A DNA stretch of 64,000 bases from a virus (lineage: Duplodnaviria; Caudoviricetes), in the IMG/VR virus record IMGVR_UViG_2930337131_000001, positions 1 to 64,000 of that record. One strand, given 5' to 3'. Below are positions 63,501 through 64,000 of this stretch, in pieces (the stretch's first letter is position 1; the number at the start of each line of letters is the position of its first letter). The notes under the pieces were generated by a model that was given only the letters and a program-made list of their open reading frames with translations, was not told where the DNA came from and searched no databases. Made by a program: the position numbers and the translations under genes.

Positions 63501-64000
63501 GGAGGCGGAGACGGTGGCGACGGCAGTCACGGCGATGGCCACCACCCGCGTACGCCGCACAGCCCTCGTCCGCACGACGTGGACTCCCTGCGGAACGCCT
63601 GGCGATCCGGTGAGGGACTCACCGCGGGCGAGGACACCCCCGAGCGGCGCGCCCATCTCGCCGCCCTGGCGGACCGGGAGGGCCTCGCCCTGTCCCCCCA
63701 GGGCGGAATCGCCCTGTACCCCGAGCAGCAGGACGACGGCACCACCGTGTGGCGCTTCGCGCAGGCCCGCAACGGCTCGAACCTGCCCGGCATCACCCTG
63801 ACTACCGACGATCCCGAGGAAGCGCGCGCGCTTGCGGGCCGGTTCGAGGAGATCACCGACGCCAACGGTGACCCCTTCGACTGGCACCAGCCGCAGGGGC
63901 CGGCCAGCGTCGCCGCGTGGCGCGACGGCGAAGGCCGCACTCTGCCCCAGGCCATCCGTGCGGTGCAGGACGACTACCAGCAGGAGCGCGCCGGAGCGTT
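57582..64000 (+). CDS. giant (>2100 aa, truncated by window end) putative virion-associated multidomain protein
   Basis: Frame begins MLNRP..LEVKAARRWNPALHPRDSKGRFIETGG. It is still in frame at 60003 (DTVTMSP) and 63963 (VQDDYQQ). No closed ORF appears in this frame in the track, consistent with no stop codon. Confidence 0.85.
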   Translation, partial: MLNRPAAAHAELQDLSDGLEVKAARRWNPALHPRDSKGRFIETGGIVRLWGGDLARVMRALPNDRILVQDQTGPNEFNGRRHTTSAKWVSMVARPDGSAPTDNEHKVEAEDEKRDKDARRGNGVVHDDAGDPDTPNDAHPVDDRGRPIGEDDHPVGPRENDDQDEPEHGRHPVNVRALPNEPTSGGSRFQDTAAVRQHFLDLADRPDTRPEMAQFLRSVATDDDLRIAGDLAVLRDDSTGRWYLTATGTGQRMDLAGDFATPDEASEFARHLRTTAPTKGAAIRAFARGFDFSNPDLDAEARTWRSDRDENIATAIKRARGEFDASRPNPDTAHAPHPDAGTPETVSRDQLQPGDRVRVTVGRGDIEWPDSTRGQDKPETVTVEGTVAPTYRPGPGTQGAPLVDVTLTRPDGVVMASNDSAHVRRMPSQADRLGHTDGHAPEERRADHVRVGDVISRGNFGHVVTRINRHQGGRTFTTRNLGGRGEVDQFGTRPDAMLSVVPRGSRRPEDVLRDVPSHTQQHPNSTDARGAARMIVRDWGRVNELAGQQWPDGAPDEFRTLAQHMQNVTEDPKGPEGYQQNADAMRGALDVLHGLDSDNVSQDMARSLHRLEEGLDYNADRFEADARAIQARRAAAAANAPDANAPETNAPASPEPAGEPLQHDWSPDNLVTLTMPEALADFLNVDETAAMEDPDTRKALTEAVRGRNGTLKVTAPIETHRALLEWAWTLAGGEGLDSDPKEVRAHRNYTKRVDEAAAKLEEARAAKPDGDAPDANVPTPDAGGSTPDAPSANAPDAGQGTPDAGTPDTVTMSPDEVNAPAAAAHGAKAPSSMDDGEIRDEIVSLMEREMANGGELSGVDRTRLQVLEAEEARRAGRAPKREDKPKPKPAEEPGGLFDVAPDEQQRFVADPNNPDDLADDPLGTPDMFADHEGRDTSRLRPPQSRKPADFKPGDRFVDTDGRTHTVRDEPIRTPRGRIRVVDEDGGEHFLAPDKELRVLHEDETAPEVPETNTPEANAPEGDAPSSDAPDTNTPGADAADTPDANAPEGDTPGTPDDSVAPPAPIGEASPASMSDEDIDAELEALQAWQNRHVSSSGEGPRVQGSRMLALSPVGSRRGDLWQEQRNRETARKDKERKEKEKQDRAAALARAEIGNRSADGSYPVAVDGDDAGSVSQTARKWQYTDAEGRRSPDFYPSRAQAVAALVQSRDVRRNNDAEHARQDQARTQTPNGWTLGDRADVAENDIIRIPRMGRDRDGRPYPEGWGQPVRVTGVEHQDDGTTIVRFSNPDGSHAWGSPLFLRGPDDTFAWANDRTRPEPTPAWRHELRPRMADIGDDVATLLNHADGIDDQDQERMRRLGELIRRVEDGDTEDLQADLRKIRDEAAWLEEQFSREDLPFETRRYKSWAVAAHGKAQRALDHPDFQHGSTTDAPTAPDANAPEGGVPGTPSTGPELPDEFAAVRQRYGGDMVPASEIQRGDWVHTVSRDPVYNEPMHMVGRVVDVTPVLSNGQVRIEVEAHVKLNGKDTVRTEFAMIPATDLAERLPEGNPGREDSSDLARRIEGDFERHHASKVPVPEGWQAVDGSQIQPRPGDRYRIVARRGGGSGPHAGKEHMNVTVERPAEREGYWRVKGQPLSFRPSDIVAIPDDAGAQHRDDAPDANLPNADAPNADAPNVDDRATRARDLFGEGMNAVGGDSLPEMQELNDRLGRADSADDRDAELGDIADRMDELADQYGLAGPQGELAADRFRRAARAARGEQDDRDNHGGDDHSNAHADGDRSTDGASNDGQNDGSSNDTTDGGTPDGEDRGQQRDDQTAPAGDSADEPNQDDNQGEPNPDDTQTPGDDQGQPDNEDEQRQDDQDNGRQRNDTNPDGAAPDGAPDGGGAGAPDSSDDSNNSNDDNGDGPDHANDEEDAPNPDEENQDDEERRRKRRRRRNNRGGGTGGPGGGGPGGPGLPHLSLPDLNVPAGTGGGGDGGDGSHGDGHHPRTPHSPRPHDVDSLRNAWRSGEGLTAGEDTPERRAHLAALADREGLALSPQGGIALYPEQQDDGTTVWRFAQARNGSNLPGITLTTDDPEEARALAGRFEEITDANGDPFDWHQPQGPASVAAWRDGEGRTLPQAIRAVQDDYQQERAGA

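Larger units (their letters stand above)
1..64000. mobile_element. segment of a conjugative phage-plasmid or prophage of a Streptomyces-like host
   Basis: TraB-like, TerL, portal-MuF, Cre-like recombinase, RusA, many overlap-coupled small ORFs, no core chromosomal genes. Confidence 0.75.

Noticed and set aside
56913-63887. 1314-aa and 991-aa minus-strand ORFs
   Set aside because: Antisense shadows of the giant plus-strand gene, caused by high GC3; no motifs or RBS.
1-64000. tRNA, rRNA, IS transposase, reverse transcriptase
   Set aside because: No recognisable signatures by eye; not excluded without tRNAscan or HMM searches.

Overview
Very GC-rich actinomycete (Streptomyces-like) DNA with no core chromosomal genes. 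It reads as part of a large conjugative phage-plasmid or prophage. It carries a TraB-like FtsK/SpoIIIE translocase and also phage head genes: terminase large subunit, a portal-MuF fusion, and a >2100-aa HPRxxxGRF protein that runs off the right edge and is absent from the ORF track. It also has DNA-modification genes (DpdA/TGT-like, PAPS-reductase-like, C5 methyltransferase), dcd, HNH, RusA, a Cre-like recombinase, and an XRE-led island ending in radical SAM, two DEDD-like proteins, an NMP kinase and a Nudix hydrolase. The most striking signal is non-coding. (i) There are 13 copies of a 5' leader made of a covarying hairpin with a near-invariant AGAGCA loop, then GACCACGAA, then the ribosome-binding site, often behind a TTGCCCAGGGTGTACTATTC promoter box. 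(ii) A second promoter class, CGCGAC-N19-CANNNT, lies ahead of terL, the portal operon and the giant protein. (iii) A dispersed 15-mer, CGAGGTGACGTGACG, forms two 15-16-15 palindromes that bracket one gene. All calls come from motifs read by eye. No database search was run, so novelty is unverified.
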